A stretch of 64,000 nucleotides of DNA from Candidatus Latescibacterota bacterium (GTDB taxonomy: Bacteria; Latescibacterota; UBA2968). Every line of letters begins with the position of its first letter. The stretch's first letter is position 1. Positions 1 through 9,968 of this stretch are shown here, piece by piece. Location of the stretch: positions 5,683,751-5,747,750 of the forward strand of contig OZ242320.1 of the NCBI GenBank assembly GCA_965208125.1. The letters are read 5' to 3'. The translations under genes were made by a program, and so were the position numbers. The notes under the pieces were generated by a model. That model was given only the letters and a program-made list of their open reading frames with translations, searched no databases and had not been told where the DNA came from.

Positions 1-2
1 AT

Positions 3-1211
3 GTTTATTTTTTGAAGTTTGACGCAAAAGGTTATGAGGAGTTGGCGACAACTGCCGAGGTTGTATCGACAAAAATTCTGTATGCTGCGGGCTATCATGT
101 GCCGCAAAATTCCGTTGTTTTTTTTCGCGCCGAATGGCTTACCATCGGTCCTGATGCAAAGGTATCTGATGATGAGGGAAGGCGCAGGGACCTGACGGAT
201 ACATACTTGCAAAATGTACTGTCTTCTATTGAGAAGCAAGCCAACGGGTATATCCGGTGCCTGGCAAGCAAGAGATTAACGGGTATTCCTCTCGGTGTTT
301 TTGATTTTCACAGTCGGCGGAAAGACGATCCCAATGATCGCGTGAAACACCAGCATCGAAGGGAGTTACGGGGGTTGCGAGCGATCTCTTCGTGGATCAA
401 TGATGTAGATCGACGTGCAGCCAACACCCTGAATATGTTTGTGACTGATGAACAGGGACGTCACTATATCAAACACTATTTGATCGATATGGACGCGACT
501 TTGGGTAGTAATTCAGTGCGGCCTCACACGCCCAGGTCAGGAAATGAGTATTTTGTCGATTTTCGCTATATTGTCCCATCAGTTTTGGGGCTGGGGCTGT
601 ATCGAAAGGCGTGGGAAGATGCAAAGCCCATACATTTTCCATCAATTGGTTATTTGGAGAGCGATGTATTTTCGCCCAGGCGGTGGGTTACCAATTATCC
701 CAATCCGGCTTTTCAGCGGTGTACAAATCGCGATGGGTACTGGGGAGCAAAAATCGCAATGGCGTTTAGCGATGCGGATTTGGCAGCTATTGTGAAGACG
801 GGGCATTTGAGCGACAAGAAGGCTGAAGAGAGACTCATTCAACTTTTGATTGCACGCCGCGATAAGGTGGGCGATTACTGGTTTCGACGCATAAATCCGC
901 TAGATCGCTTTTGGATTGACAGACGAGGATTGCATTTTGAGGATCTGGCGATTGTGGGAAATCTGGCTACTGAAGCAAAGACCCGGTATTTTTATCAATT
1001 TTTGAGTCGCGATGGAAAGGCGCAGGGTGCTGTGCGTCAACTCGATACGTCAGGGCACATACCCATACCACGCGATTTGCCGGATGGACAATATTACGGG
1101 ATAGAGATTCGGACCGTGAGGTCTGGATGGGCAGATAAATACGTTCGGGTTTATTTTTTTGTTTGGAATGTCGGGCTATATCAGATTGTACGGGTTGATC
1201 GGCAGGAGTAG
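3..1211 (+). CDS. Hypothetical protein with atypical (HipA/CotH/PI3K-like) kinase-fold motifs, 5'-truncated
   Basis: Frame open from the window edge; motifs KFD..ELATTAEVVSTKI, WINDVDRRAANTL (catalytic-loop-like) and YLIDMDATLG (metal-binding-like). Confidence 0.55.
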   Translation, partial: VYFLKFDAKGYEELATTAEVVSTKILYAAGYHVPQNSVVFFRAEWLTIGPDAKVSDDEGRRRDLTDTYLQNVLSSIEKQANGYIRCLASKRLTGIPLGVFDFHSRRKDDPNDRVKHQHRRELRGLRAISSWINDVDRRAANTLNMFVTDEQGRHYIKHYLIDMDATLGSNSVRPHTPRSGNEYFVDFRYIVPSVLGLGLYRKAWEDAKPIHFPSIGYLESDVFSPRRWVTNYPNPAFQRCTNRDGYWGAKIAMAFSDADLAAIVKTGHLSDKKAEERLIQLLIARRDKVGDYWFRRINPLDRFWIDRRGLHFEDLAIVGNLATEAKTRYFYQFLSRDGKAQGAVRQLDTSGHIPIPRDLPDGQYYGIEIRTVRSGWADKYVRVYFFVWNVGLYQIVRVDRQE

Positions 1212-1239
1212 TTTCAATTCTTTCAAAGCCGAGAATCAG

Positions 1240-3480
1240 ATGAGAAACAAAAAGTTATACGCAACAAAATGCGGGATAGTTCAAAGTCTATTTGTTTTTT
1301 TTCTGTGTTTCGGTTTTGTCCTGTTCAGCACGCTTCCTTCTTTTGCAAAACAGAAGCCCCGAGTCGCACTGGTGCTCAGTGGAGGAGGCGCGCGTGGAGG
1401 GGCACATATCGGCGTGCTGCGCGTACTCGAGCGCGAAGGTATTCCCATTGATTTGATCGTGGGCGTGAGTTATGGGGCACTGGTGGGAGGACTGTACGCT
1501 GCCGGATACACTGTTGATAATGTCGAACGCATTATTGTAGGAACAGATTGGTGGGAAATAACCAACAATCACCCCAACCGCCGTCTGTCGAATTTGAATC
1601 GCAAACCAATAGCTGATCGCCAGATGCTTGCATTGCGCCTCGATAAATTCGATCTAAAATTGCCTTATGGAGTTTTTGCCGGGCAAAAAATTCAGCATTT
1701 TCTCAATCAATTGACCCTTGGCGCAATTTATCGGGCGCGAAACGATTTTGATCGGCTGCCAACGCCTTTTCGTGCAATTGCAACAGATATTTTATCTGGC
1801 GAACAGGTCGTGATAAAAAATGGCTCACTCGGCACGGCAATCAGAGCGAGTATTTCTGTTCCCGGGGTGTTTGCCCCGATAAGTACAGAACAAACCCATC
1901 TCGTAGATGGCGGTATTGTCAATAACTTGCCTGTAGATGTCGCATTAGACGCCGGGGCTGATTTGGTTATTGCCGTGGATTGTGCCACACCTTTGCGCAC
2001 TCAAAAGCACGAAGTTGAAGATATTATCGACGTCATCGATCAGGCTGTTAGTTTTCGAATTGAAGAAAAAAAAATTGCAAATCGAAAACGCGCCCATGTG
2101 CTGATCATGCCCGATTTAAAAAAATTTGATGGAGGCAATTTTAATCTGTCGTACACCTTGATTCCAATTGGCGAAAAAGAAGCCGAAAAACATCTGGATG
2201 CGATCTGGAAGGCTCTGCAAAAGCTCGGCATTTCAAAACGCGTTGAAAAGTCGAGACCGTCGATATTGCCAGATAATTTTGATTTCAGAACCTGGGTGGA
2301 TATACCATCGGATATTGTGATTGATCGGGTGCGGATTGAGGGTTTAGAGCGCTATTCACAAGAGAAATTTACATCGCGGTTAGAAAAGTTCATCAACAAG
2401 CCGATATCGTTTCGGAAACTGGAAAACGAATCTGGCCGGTTCTATGCGACCGGATTATTTCAAACAGTAGATTACGAGGTTATCTACCATGAAGACTATA
2501 CCGAATTGGTTTTTCAGGTGCTTGAAAACCCCCCCAGTGAGTTGAAAATAGGACTTCATTACGACAATGATTTTGGGGTTGCAGCACTGACCGAGTTTGC
2601 ACATCAAAATGCTTATGGCCCCGTAGCAGAGTTTTATTTTCGCGGCCTGTTGGGCAATTTGAAGCTCGCTGAAATGGATTTAATTTTTCGCTCATCCAGG
2701 CGCCTGGGTTTCTTCGGGAAGATTCGAGGGTGGAATCAAGACCGGTTGTATTTTCAAAATGGGCAACGCCAGGACACATATAACGAGAAGCGTTTTCGCG
2801 CGCGATTGGGCATGCAGGTTTTGTTCCACAGTTGGGGAGGTTTTAAAGTGGGGTATCAAGTTGAGCATGTCCGCATTCGCGATGCGGACAGTTCAATAGG
2901 CAATGCGTCTAAAGATCTGCCCGCCTTGTGGTTATCTACAGGTATTGACACCCGAGACGATGCGTTTTTGACAAGACATGGCATCTATTTTCAAACGCAA
3001 GCAAAATGGGTTCATCGAACATTTTCACATAAGCAGGTGCAAACACAACTCGCGTACTTCACCAGCCCCCATCCGCAATTGAGTGTGGGCCTCTGGTCTC
3101 ACGGAGGCTATATGACACAGCCTGCACCGATTTATGAACACTTCGCATTAGGTGGTGGAGGACACTTTAGTAACGCAGCATTGCGCGTTGTCGGTCTCAA
3201 ACGCGACAAACTGAGAGCTTTTAGGTTCGTCTCGGCGGGCATTTCTATTTGGAGCCACATGAAATTTTGGGGATCCATACCGCTCAGTGCTGTTGGAATT
3301 TTCTATCAGGGCGGTCTGTACAATAAGTCTTCCAATCCGGATCAGCCCAATACCCGTATCCACGGTTTTGGTATTGGTGGTTATATCAGCACGACGTTTT
3401 TAGGCCCCATTCGCATTGATATTGTGAGCACAGAAGAAAAGGATATCCGGATTTATACCGCAGTCGGATTTGCGTTTTGA
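1240..3480 (+). CDS. Patatin-like phospholipase fused to POTRA and Omp85 beta-barrel (PlpD/type Vd-like)
   Basis: Signal peptide, LSGGGARG oxyanion motif, GVSYG nucleophile, DGG motif, POTRA-like segment, C-terminal barrel ending in F (VGFAF); ATG at 1240. Confidence 0.85.
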   Translation: MRNKKLYATKCGIVQSLFVFFLCFGFVLFSTLPSFAKQKPRVALVLSGGGARGGAHIGVLRVLEREGIPIDLIVGVSYGALVGGLYAAGYTVDNVERIIVGTDWWEITNNHPNRRLSNLNRKPIADRQMLALRLDKFDLKLPYGVFAGQKIQHFLNQLTLGAIYRARNDFDRLPTPFRAIATDILSGEQVVIKNGSLGTAIRASISVPGVFAPISTEQTHLVDGGIVNNLPVDVALDAGADLVIAVDCATPLRTQKHEVEDIIDVIDQAVSFRIEEKKIANRKRAHVLIMPDLKKFDGGNFNLSYTLIPIGEKEAEKHLDAIWKALQKLGISKRVEKSRPSILPDNFDFRTWVDIPSDIVIDRVRIEGLERYSQEKFTSRLEKFINKPISFRKLENESGRFYATGLFQTVDYEVIYHEDYTELVFQVLENPPSELKIGLHYDNDFGVAALTEFAHQNAYGPVAEFYFRGLLGNLKLAEMDLIFRSSRRLGFFGKIRGWNQDRLYFQNGQRQDTYNEKRFRARLGMQVLFHSWGGFKVGYQVEHVRIRDADSSIGNASKDLPALWLSTGIDTRDDAFLTRHGIYFQTQAKWVHRTFSHKQVQTQLAYFTSPHPQLSVGLWSHGGYMTQPAPIYEHFALGGGGHFSNAALRVVGLKRDKLRAFRFVSAGISIWSHMKFWGSIPLSAVGIFYQGGLYNKSSNPDQPNTRIHGFGIGGYISTTFLGPIRIDIVSTEEKDIRIYTAVGFAF

Positions 3481-3529
3481 TGCATATTCATCTGTCTTAT
3501 CCAAATCACCTTGAAACGAAAGGAAAAGC

Positions 3530-6247
3530 ATGATATTTTCCAGATGGAACGCTATTTTATTCTTCCTGGTGCTCGCTTTTTCCGTTCCGATAGAATCCAC
3601 ATCTGAAGAGGATTCCCCTGCTCCAGGATATAGGATTCACCGATCTATTCCTCCACCGGGTGCTAAGACCCACATGGTGGTTCCAGGAGAAAGATTCCGA
3701 GCCAGCGGGTTTAAACGCTGGTTCTACGGCAACAATAACCGGGACCTCTGGACCACTCCTATCGAGGTTGCAGTCCTCGACCTCAACAGCGTAGGAGGTG
3801 GTTTGACGCCGCTTCGCACTGGCGGATTCGGGCAGTCCATCTCGCTTCACTTTACAGGGGAAGACGGCCGCCGCTATACAGTTCGTTCCCTGGATAAAGA
3901 TCCCACCAAAAGAATATGGGACGAACTCAAGGATACCATTGTCGATGACGTCCTTCAGGACTTGATCAGCGCGCTTTTACCAACAGGGGCACTCGTAGCT
4001 GACCCGCTGATGGAAGCCACTGGTATTCTCCATTCCAAACACACGCTCGTAGTTATTCCGGATGATCCGAGACTGGGGGAATACCGCGAAGAGTTTGCCG
4101 GCCTTATCGGAACGCTACAAGAACACCCGTCTGAAGGACCGGACGATACGCCCGGCTTTGCGGGTTCCCGGAGGATCAGCGGAACAGAGAGACTGTGGGA
4201 ACACCTTGAAGAAAGTCCTTGCAACCGCGTCGATGCCCGTGCCTATCTAAAGGCGAAACTAATGGATCTTTTCATCGGCGATAAGGACCGCCATTACGGC
4301 CAGTGGAGATGGGCGCAATTCCCCGATGGCGATTGTTATACATGGCTTCCAATACCCGAGGACCGCGACCAGGCTTTTATCGGCTTCGAGGGATTTGCTA
4401 TGGCAATGGCGCGCAAAAGGCTCCCCAGGCAAATCACGTTTGGAGACAAGTATCCAAGCCTGGTGGGCCTATCGACTACTGGTTGGGAGATGGACCGCGA
4501 GTTTCTGGTCGAACTCAATAAGACCGCGTGGGATTCAGTAGTAACAGCGTTTCGCAGAGACTTACCGGATTCGGTCATTGAGGATGCCGTGCGGAGGCTC
4601 CCACCACCGTATTACAAAATGATTGGGGAAGCTCTTACACAAGCCCTCAAATCAAGGCGGGACGCATTGCCCGATTTTGCCAGTAGATACTATGAATTGA
4701 TTACCCGCCAGGTCGAAATCCAGGCGACCGATAAGGATGAGTACGCCCATTGTGAACACCTGACGAATGGTGACCTCGCAGTTCGTATCGGTCTGATAGA
4801 AGGTCCCGGAGGAGAAAGAAAAACACCCTATTTCCAAAGGACATTCCACCCTCAGGAAACCCGAGAAGTCCGAATATACCTCCGGGGCGGAGATGACCGC
4901 GCGGAAATATCGGGGACAAAGGGACAGATTGTCGTTCGCATTGATGGCGGAGGTGGGGATGACACACTTACAAACGCATCCCAATCTGGCGCCTCAAAAA
5001 CCCGGTTTTATGATTATCGCGGAAAAAATCAGTTCGCCAAAGGCGAGGGGGCGAAAATCGACGAGCGACCCTACAAGCGTCCTCCCGCACGGCTTCTCCG
5101 TGCAAGGTATGCACTGGACTGGGGTGGACAGGCTATTACCGCTCCGATTATCAGGGTAAACCCGGATATGGATGTATTCTTGGGGGCGACCTACCATCGG
5201 CAGCATTTCGGGTATCGAAAAGATCCTTTCTCTTCGCAACATTTTTTCAAGATCGGGCTGGCGAAAGACAATGATCTCAAGGGAATCAAGCCCTTTGCCT
5301 CCTATACCGGCAATTTTCGCGAATTCATGCGCGACTTCGACGCGAGAATCTACTTAAAATACTCCGGATTCCAGACAATCCGGTTTAACGGATTTGGTAA
5401 CAAAACGGAAATTCCTGAGCCGTCTTCCTTCTATAAGGTGGAACAAAGACATTTCGTTTTCGCACCTGCCCTCGAATTTCGAGCGGGAGATCATAAAGAA
5501 GATATGCCTCATGTTGGTATGGGATCGCTCCGCTCGAAATTAACCATTGACTTTGGACCGATTATCAAGTATTCAAACACCCCCCTCAGTTCCAATCGGG
5601 AAAAATATATCGGTTCGCTCGATCAACCACTTTACGGTACGGATTCCTTCGGCCAGGTAGGCGCACTGGGTGAAGTCGTGTACGACACGCGCAACAGTTT
5701 AGGGTATCCCACTCAGGGGGTCAGGGTCAGGGTTGCCGGAGACATCTATCCGGGCGTCTGGGATGTAGAATCGACCTTTGGCAGCATAAATGGGGAAGCC
5801 AGTACTTACCTGACTGCCCCTATACCGACTACCCCGACCCTTGCCTTAAGAGCAGGTGGCAAGAAGGTATGGGGAACCTTTCCCTTTCACGAAAGTGCCT
5901 TTCTGGGCGGGTCCGGTTTTGTCGGTAGTGGCATATCCAGTGGCAATTTGCGTGGTTTCCGGAAAAACAGGTTCGCTGGAGAAACTGCGCTGTATGGAAA
6001 TTCCGAACTGCGACTGGTTCTGACCAAAATCAAGCTTCTGGTATCGGGAGAATTCGGATTGTTCGGTACGGGTGATGCCGGACGGGTAATTTATGACGGA
6101 GATCCGGGCAATGCTGATAAATGGCACACCAGTATCGGAGGTGGATTCTGGCTGTCTTTTCTCAAGCGCCAGCAGACCTTTAGCGCGGCAGTCGTAAAAG
6201 GCGATGACCTGACGGGCGTATATCTGCGCGCTGGTTTTATGTTTTAG
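3530..6247 (+). CDS. BamA/TamA (Omp85) family outer-membrane protein with N-terminal kinase-like domain
   Basis: Signal peptide; GGFGQS, GDKDRHYGQW and PIPEDRDQAF in the N-terminal half; LRGF motif and terminal GFMF of Omp85 barrels. Confidence 0.75.
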   Translation: MIFSRWNAILFFLVLAFSVPIESTSEEDSPAPGYRIHRSIPPPGAKTHMVVPGERFRASGFKRWFYGNNNRDLWTTPIEVAVLDLNSVGGGLTPLRTGGFGQSISLHFTGEDGRRYTVRSLDKDPTKRIWDELKDTIVDDVLQDLISALLPTGALVADPLMEATGILHSKHTLVVIPDDPRLGEYREEFAGLIGTLQEHPSEGPDDTPGFAGSRRISGTERLWEHLEESPCNRVDARAYLKAKLMDLFIGDKDRHYGQWRWAQFPDGDCYTWLPIPEDRDQAFIGFEGFAMAMARKRLPRQITFGDKYPSLVGLSTTGWEMDREFLVELNKTAWDSVVTAFRRDLPDSVIEDAVRRLPPPYYKMIGEALTQALKSRRDALPDFASRYYELITRQVEIQATDKDEYAHCEHLTNGDLAVRIGLIEGPGGERKTPYFQRTFHPQETREVRIYLRGGDDRAEISGTKGQIVVRIDGGGGDDTLTNASQSGASKTRFYDYRGKNQFAKGEGAKIDERPYKRPPARLLRARYALDWGGQAITAPIIRVNPDMDVFLGATYHRQHFGYRKDPFSSQHFFKIGLAKDNDLKGIKPFASYTGNFREFMRDFDARIYLKYSGFQTIRFNGFGNKTEIPEPSSFYKVEQRHFVFAPALEFRAGDHKEDMPHVGMGSLRSKLTIDFGPIIKYSNTPLSSNREKYIGSLDQPLYGTDSFGQVGALGEVVYDTRNSLGYPTQGVRVRVAGDIYPGVWDVESTFGSINGEASTYLTAPIPTTPTLALRAGGKKVWGTFPFHESAFLGGSGFVGSGISSGNLRGFRKNRFAGETALYGNSELRLVLTKIKLLVSGEFGLFGTGDAGRVIYDGDPGNADKWHTSIGGGFWLSFLKRQQTFSAAVVKGDDLTGVYLRAGFMF

Positions 6248-6250
6248 CTC

Positions 6251-7177
6251 ATGAAGGAGGATGCGATGCTCAACAACATCATCATACGTCTCGCCATTTA
6301 CTATATCACCTGGCTTTTGATTCTCAACGCGATTTTTCACATATTCCCCGAAATTCTCTATTACGTCGCCCAGGAGCGCGAACGCATCTTTGTAGGATCA
6401 TCCCTTGACTCCGGGGCCGATCCGCCCATTCCGCTTGGAAACATCCAAGAAGGGGTAAACCGGCTCGCCGATCCGGAACACACGATTCCAGTTGTAGTCG
6501 CTTTGGTACTGGCTTTCGGGGTTACCCTCCCAATTACCTGGGTATATGCCTGGACGCATCCACCCAAGAAATACAGTCAAGCCTTTGTACAAACTCTGCT
6601 CGTGATACCTGTCGCGATCTCACTGGTTGTTTTTTTGGTGAAGGGTAGTCTTGCCCTTGCGTTCAGTCTGGCGGGTATCGTGGCCGCCGTCACCTTTCGG
6701 CTCTCACTCAAATCGACCATAGAGGGCGTGTACATGTTTATGGTCATCGGGATAGGGCTGGCGGCTGGCACCCAGCTTACGACTGTGGCCTACCTCGCAT
6801 CGCTGGCTTTCGTCACCATAACACTGGGCGTGTGGAAAATCAATTATGGCGCGCAGCCACCAGTACTATCCGGCTGGAGAATTGTTTCACCTGATCACTC
6901 GGCCCAGACCTCTGGGACAAAGGCTACTGGGAATTCTTATGATGCCCGGATTGAAGTACACACAACGAAGGTCGAAACAGCTCAAAAAGCAACCGCTCAA
7001 ATCCTGAAATCCGGGACCAAACAGTGGCAAGTAGCAGATGTGATCGAGAAAGAAGATGGAACGGCCATCGTTGTATATGATATTTTGTTAAAACAATCCG
7101 TCGCTCTGCCTATCCTCATCCGGGATATTGAAAAAAGCAAAAAAAGTATCAAAAACGCAACGCTGACAAGAGTTTAA
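6251..7177 (+). CDS. DUF4956-family membrane protein
   Basis: Multiple TM helices with SLALAFSLAGIVAAVTFR and IGIGLAAG motifs. Confidence 0.75.
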   Translation: MKEDAMLNNIIIRLAIYYITWLLILNAIFHIFPEILYYVAQERERIFVGSSLDSGADPPIPLGNIQEGVNRLADPEHTIPVVVALVLAFGVTLPITWVYAWTHPPKKYSQAFVQTLLVIPVAISLVVFLVKGSLALAFSLAGIVAAVTFRLSLKSTIEGVYMFMVIGIGLAAGTQLTTVAYLASLAFVTITLGVWKINYGAQPPVLSGWRIVSPDHSAQTSGTKATGNSYDARIEVHTTKVETAQKATAQILKSGTKQWQVADVIEKEDGTAIVVYDILLKQSVALPILIRDIEKSKKSIKNATLTRV

Positions 7178-7248
7178 AATTGGTATTCTCAAAGCCTCCC
7201 TGTCACCAGAGAGATCAGGTAGGCACACTCATAACGGTATAATTACAA

Positions 7249-8415
7249 ATGAAGAATCACACAGATAAATTTCTGCTGGGCTTTCTTGGTTTTGGCATTT
7301 TTCTCTACCTGTTGTCGATGGGCTATGATCCATCTTCAGATTTTAGTGAAAATTCGTCAAACGCAGATCCAGATACTTCTATTTTAGACACTTCTACCGT
7401 CCTTCCTTTGGCGGACACGACGGCGGTATTAATATCTCCTGAAAGCTATACCCTGAACGAAGAGACCGCTTCAGACACTTCTATCGTCTCCCCTTTGGCG
7501 GATACAATGGCTGTATTAGACTATGAAGAGGATTCATCCTCAGATTTTAGTAGAAATCCGTCAGACACAGTTCCAGATACTCCGACCAACCGCCCTTTGG
7601 CGGATACAATGGCAGCAGTACAAAGGAAAATATCTCTCGAAAGCTATACACTAAACGAAGAGACCGCGACACACTGGAAGCTGTCCGAGCATCTTGAGGA
7701 AATCTCTGGTTTGGCAATGACCAGAGACAACCGGCTCCTGGCGCACAATGATGAAAGAGGGATCATTTTCGAGATCGATTATCAGAATGGATCAATAGCA
7801 AAAGCATTCCAACTGACGGACATGAAGAACCCGGTAGCCAGTGATTTTGAGGGCATTGCAACAATTGACAACCAGATCTATCTGGTCACGAGTTCAGGGC
7901 GACTATACGAGTGTCGTGAGGGAACTACTGGCGAGTCCGTTCTCTTCAATGTCTATACAACTGGCATCGGCAGAGACTGCGAAATTGAGGGCCTGGCATA
8001 CGACGAGAGCAAGCGGGCACTCTTACTGATGTGCAAGGACGCTCGCAGTGCAGACATGGAGGGAAAGTTAGCAGTATATCACTGGTCAATTGACGAGAAA
8101 CAGCTAAGAAAAGATGCACATACTGTAATACCTGTCGTGGAATTCTCCCGACACATCAAAGGGAAAAATTTCCAGCCATCGGGAATCGAGCGACACCCAA
8201 TATCGGGGAATTACTTTATCGTAGCTGCTCGTCAGGGAGCTATCGCGGAGATCACGCCGGGTGGCCAGGTTGTTGCGGTCAGAGAGTTTCCCGCCCAGTG
8301 GCATCGTCAGGCTGAAGGTATTACCTTCGCCGCGGACGGCACGCTAATCGTTTCCGATGAAGGCGCAGGGAAGAGAGCGAGACTAACCCTTTATCCGGTC
8401 TCGGATAGTCAATAA
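7249..8415 (+). CDS. SdiA-regulated/YjiK-like beta-propeller protein with repetitive N-terminal linker
   Basis: LEEISGL, HNDE, DFEGI, EIEGL, PSGI, QAEGITF and IVSDEG blades; N-terminal TM segment. Confidence 0.75.
   Translation: MKNHTDKFLLGFLGFGIFLYLLSMGYDPSSDFSENSSNADPDTSILDTSTVLPLADTTAVLISPESYTLNEETASDTSIVSPLADTMAVLDYEEDSSSDFSRNPSDTVPDTPTNRPLADTMAAVQRKISLESYTLNEETATHWKLSEHLEEISGLAMTRDNRLLAHNDERGIIFEIDYQNGSIAKAFQLTDMKNPVASDFEGIATIDNQIYLVTSSGRLYECREGTTGESVLFNVYTTGIGRDCEIEGLAYDESKRALLLMCKDARSADMEGKLAVYHWSIDEKQLRKDAHTVIPVVEFSRHIKGKNFQPSGIERHPISGNYFIVAARQGAIAEITPGGQVVAVREFPAQWHRQAEGITFAADGTLIVSDEGAGKRARLTLYPVSDSQ
7336..7667 (+). repeat. Imperfect intragenic repeats in the YjiK-like gene linker
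   Basis: CCTTTGGCGGA(C/T)AC three times (PLADT); GAAAGCTATAC..AACGAAGAGACCGC twice (ESYTLNEETA); TCAGATTTTAGT twice. Confidence 0.8.
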
Positions 8416-8467
8416 CAACAGTATAAACCCAACCTATTTCAAAATCGCTAAAAATACAGGACACGCA

Positions 8468-9955
8468 ATGGCACATTCAAAACCCAACCTGCTCTACATT
8501 CACTCCGACCAGCACGACCCTTATGTGACGGGCTGTTATGGCGACAAAGTCGTACAAACCCCCCATCTCGACAGCCTCGCGGCAAATGGCGTTGTATTTG
8601 AAAACTGCTATTGCCCCTCGCCGATATGCGTACCTTCGCGCATGTCCATGCTATCGGGGCGCTATCCCTTTGAAAACGAAGTGTGGACAAACTCCCATAT
8701 TCTCAACTCGAGCATTCCCACATTTGCCCATGCAATGGGCGCGGGAGGTTATGACCCCGTGCTCGTCGGACGCATGCATTCCAATGGACCGGATCAGCTA
8801 CACGGATATGCCCAGCGTCTCGTCGGCGATCACGGGCCCAATCATCCCGGTGGTGGCGGCGTCAACCACGGAATGCTTTCGGGCACAGCAGGTCCCGCCC
8901 GCGTCAGCCTGACGAAATCGGGCATTGGACAAAGCGCGTACCAGGTACACGACGAAGACGTAACCGCAGCAACCGTTGCATACCTCGACCGTATAGGCGT
9001 AAAAAAACGCGCGGGACAACCTTCAGAGCCTTTCTCTCTAACCGTTGGGTATATGCTCCCCCACCAGCCATTTGTCGCGCGCCGCGCCGACTACGAACGT
9101 TACGATGGTCGCGTACCACCCCCAACTGTCTCTATCCCCTTCTCCGACGACCTGCATCCCCACATCAAACAATGGCGCGAACGCTGCGGTATTACAACCG
9201 TCACAGAAGCCGAAATCCACCGCGCGCGCACCGCATACTGGGCACTCGTTGACCGCATGGATTACATGATCGGGCAGATCCTCACAGCCCTCCGTCAAAA
9301 CGATTTGATCAACGACACCCTCGTCATTTACATGTCAGACCACGGCGAACAAGCCGGCGAACACGGCCTGTGGTGGAAACAAACCTTTTACGAACACTCC
9401 GCCAAAGTACCCGCCATACTCTCCTGGCCCGGTCACCTGCCCGAAGGCAAGTGCTTTGACAACGTCATCTCTTCTGTCGATCTCAACGCCACCATGATCA
9501 ACGCCCTGCAATGTCCCGAACTCCCCCACTCTCGCGGACGATCACTCCTGCCGCTTATGCGCGGCGAAAACACATCCTGGGACAACCTCGCCTTCTCCGA
9601 ATTTTGTCAGGACAGAGCAGGCGGTGGCGGACCCTTCTCCGCCGAAGGCGTGTACCAGCGCATGATTCGGCAGGACGAATGGAAATTCAATTACTACCAC
9701 AACCAGCCCTGTCAACTCTTCAACCTGCAAGAAGACCCCAACGAATTGCACGACCGCGCAAACGACCCGTCCTGTCAAAGCCTGATCAAAAATTTCACCG
9801 CCCGCATCCTCGACGGCTGGGATCCCGACGCCATCGCCTCTCAACTCGCCGCCCGAAACAGGGACACCCGCATCCTCTCGGCATGGGCGCGCCACACCAA
9901 ACCCGCAGATACGATCCGCTGGGACTTGCGACCCGAAATGGATTATCTGGAATAG
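8468..9955 (+). CDS. Sulfatase (choline-sulfatase-like)
   Basis: NLLYIHSDQH, CVPSR (CxPxR), SDHGE, LFNLQEDPNE. Confidence 0.9.
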   Translation: MAHSKPNLLYIHSDQHDPYVTGCYGDKVVQTPHLDSLAANGVVFENCYCPSPICVPSRMSMLSGRYPFENEVWTNSHILNSSIPTFAHAMGAGGYDPVLVGRMHSNGPDQLHGYAQRLVGDHGPNHPGGGGVNHGMLSGTAGPARVSLTKSGIGQSAYQVHDEDVTAATVAYLDRIGVKKRAGQPSEPFSLTVGYMLPHQPFVARRADYERYDGRVPPPTVSIPFSDDLHPHIKQWRERCGITTVTEAEIHRARTAYWALVDRMDYMIGQILTALRQNDLINDTLVIYMSDHGEQAGEHGLWWKQTFYEHSAKVPAILSWPGHLPEGKCFDNVISSVDLNATMINALQCPELPHSRGRSLLPLMRGENTSWDNLAFSEFCQDRAGGGGPFSAEGVYQRMIRQDEWKFNYYHNQPCQLFNLQEDPNELHDRANDPSCQSLIKNFTARILDGWDPDAIASQLAARNRDTRILSAWARHTKPADTIRWDLRPEMDYLE

Positions 9956-9968
9956 TTGGCGGACGCCT

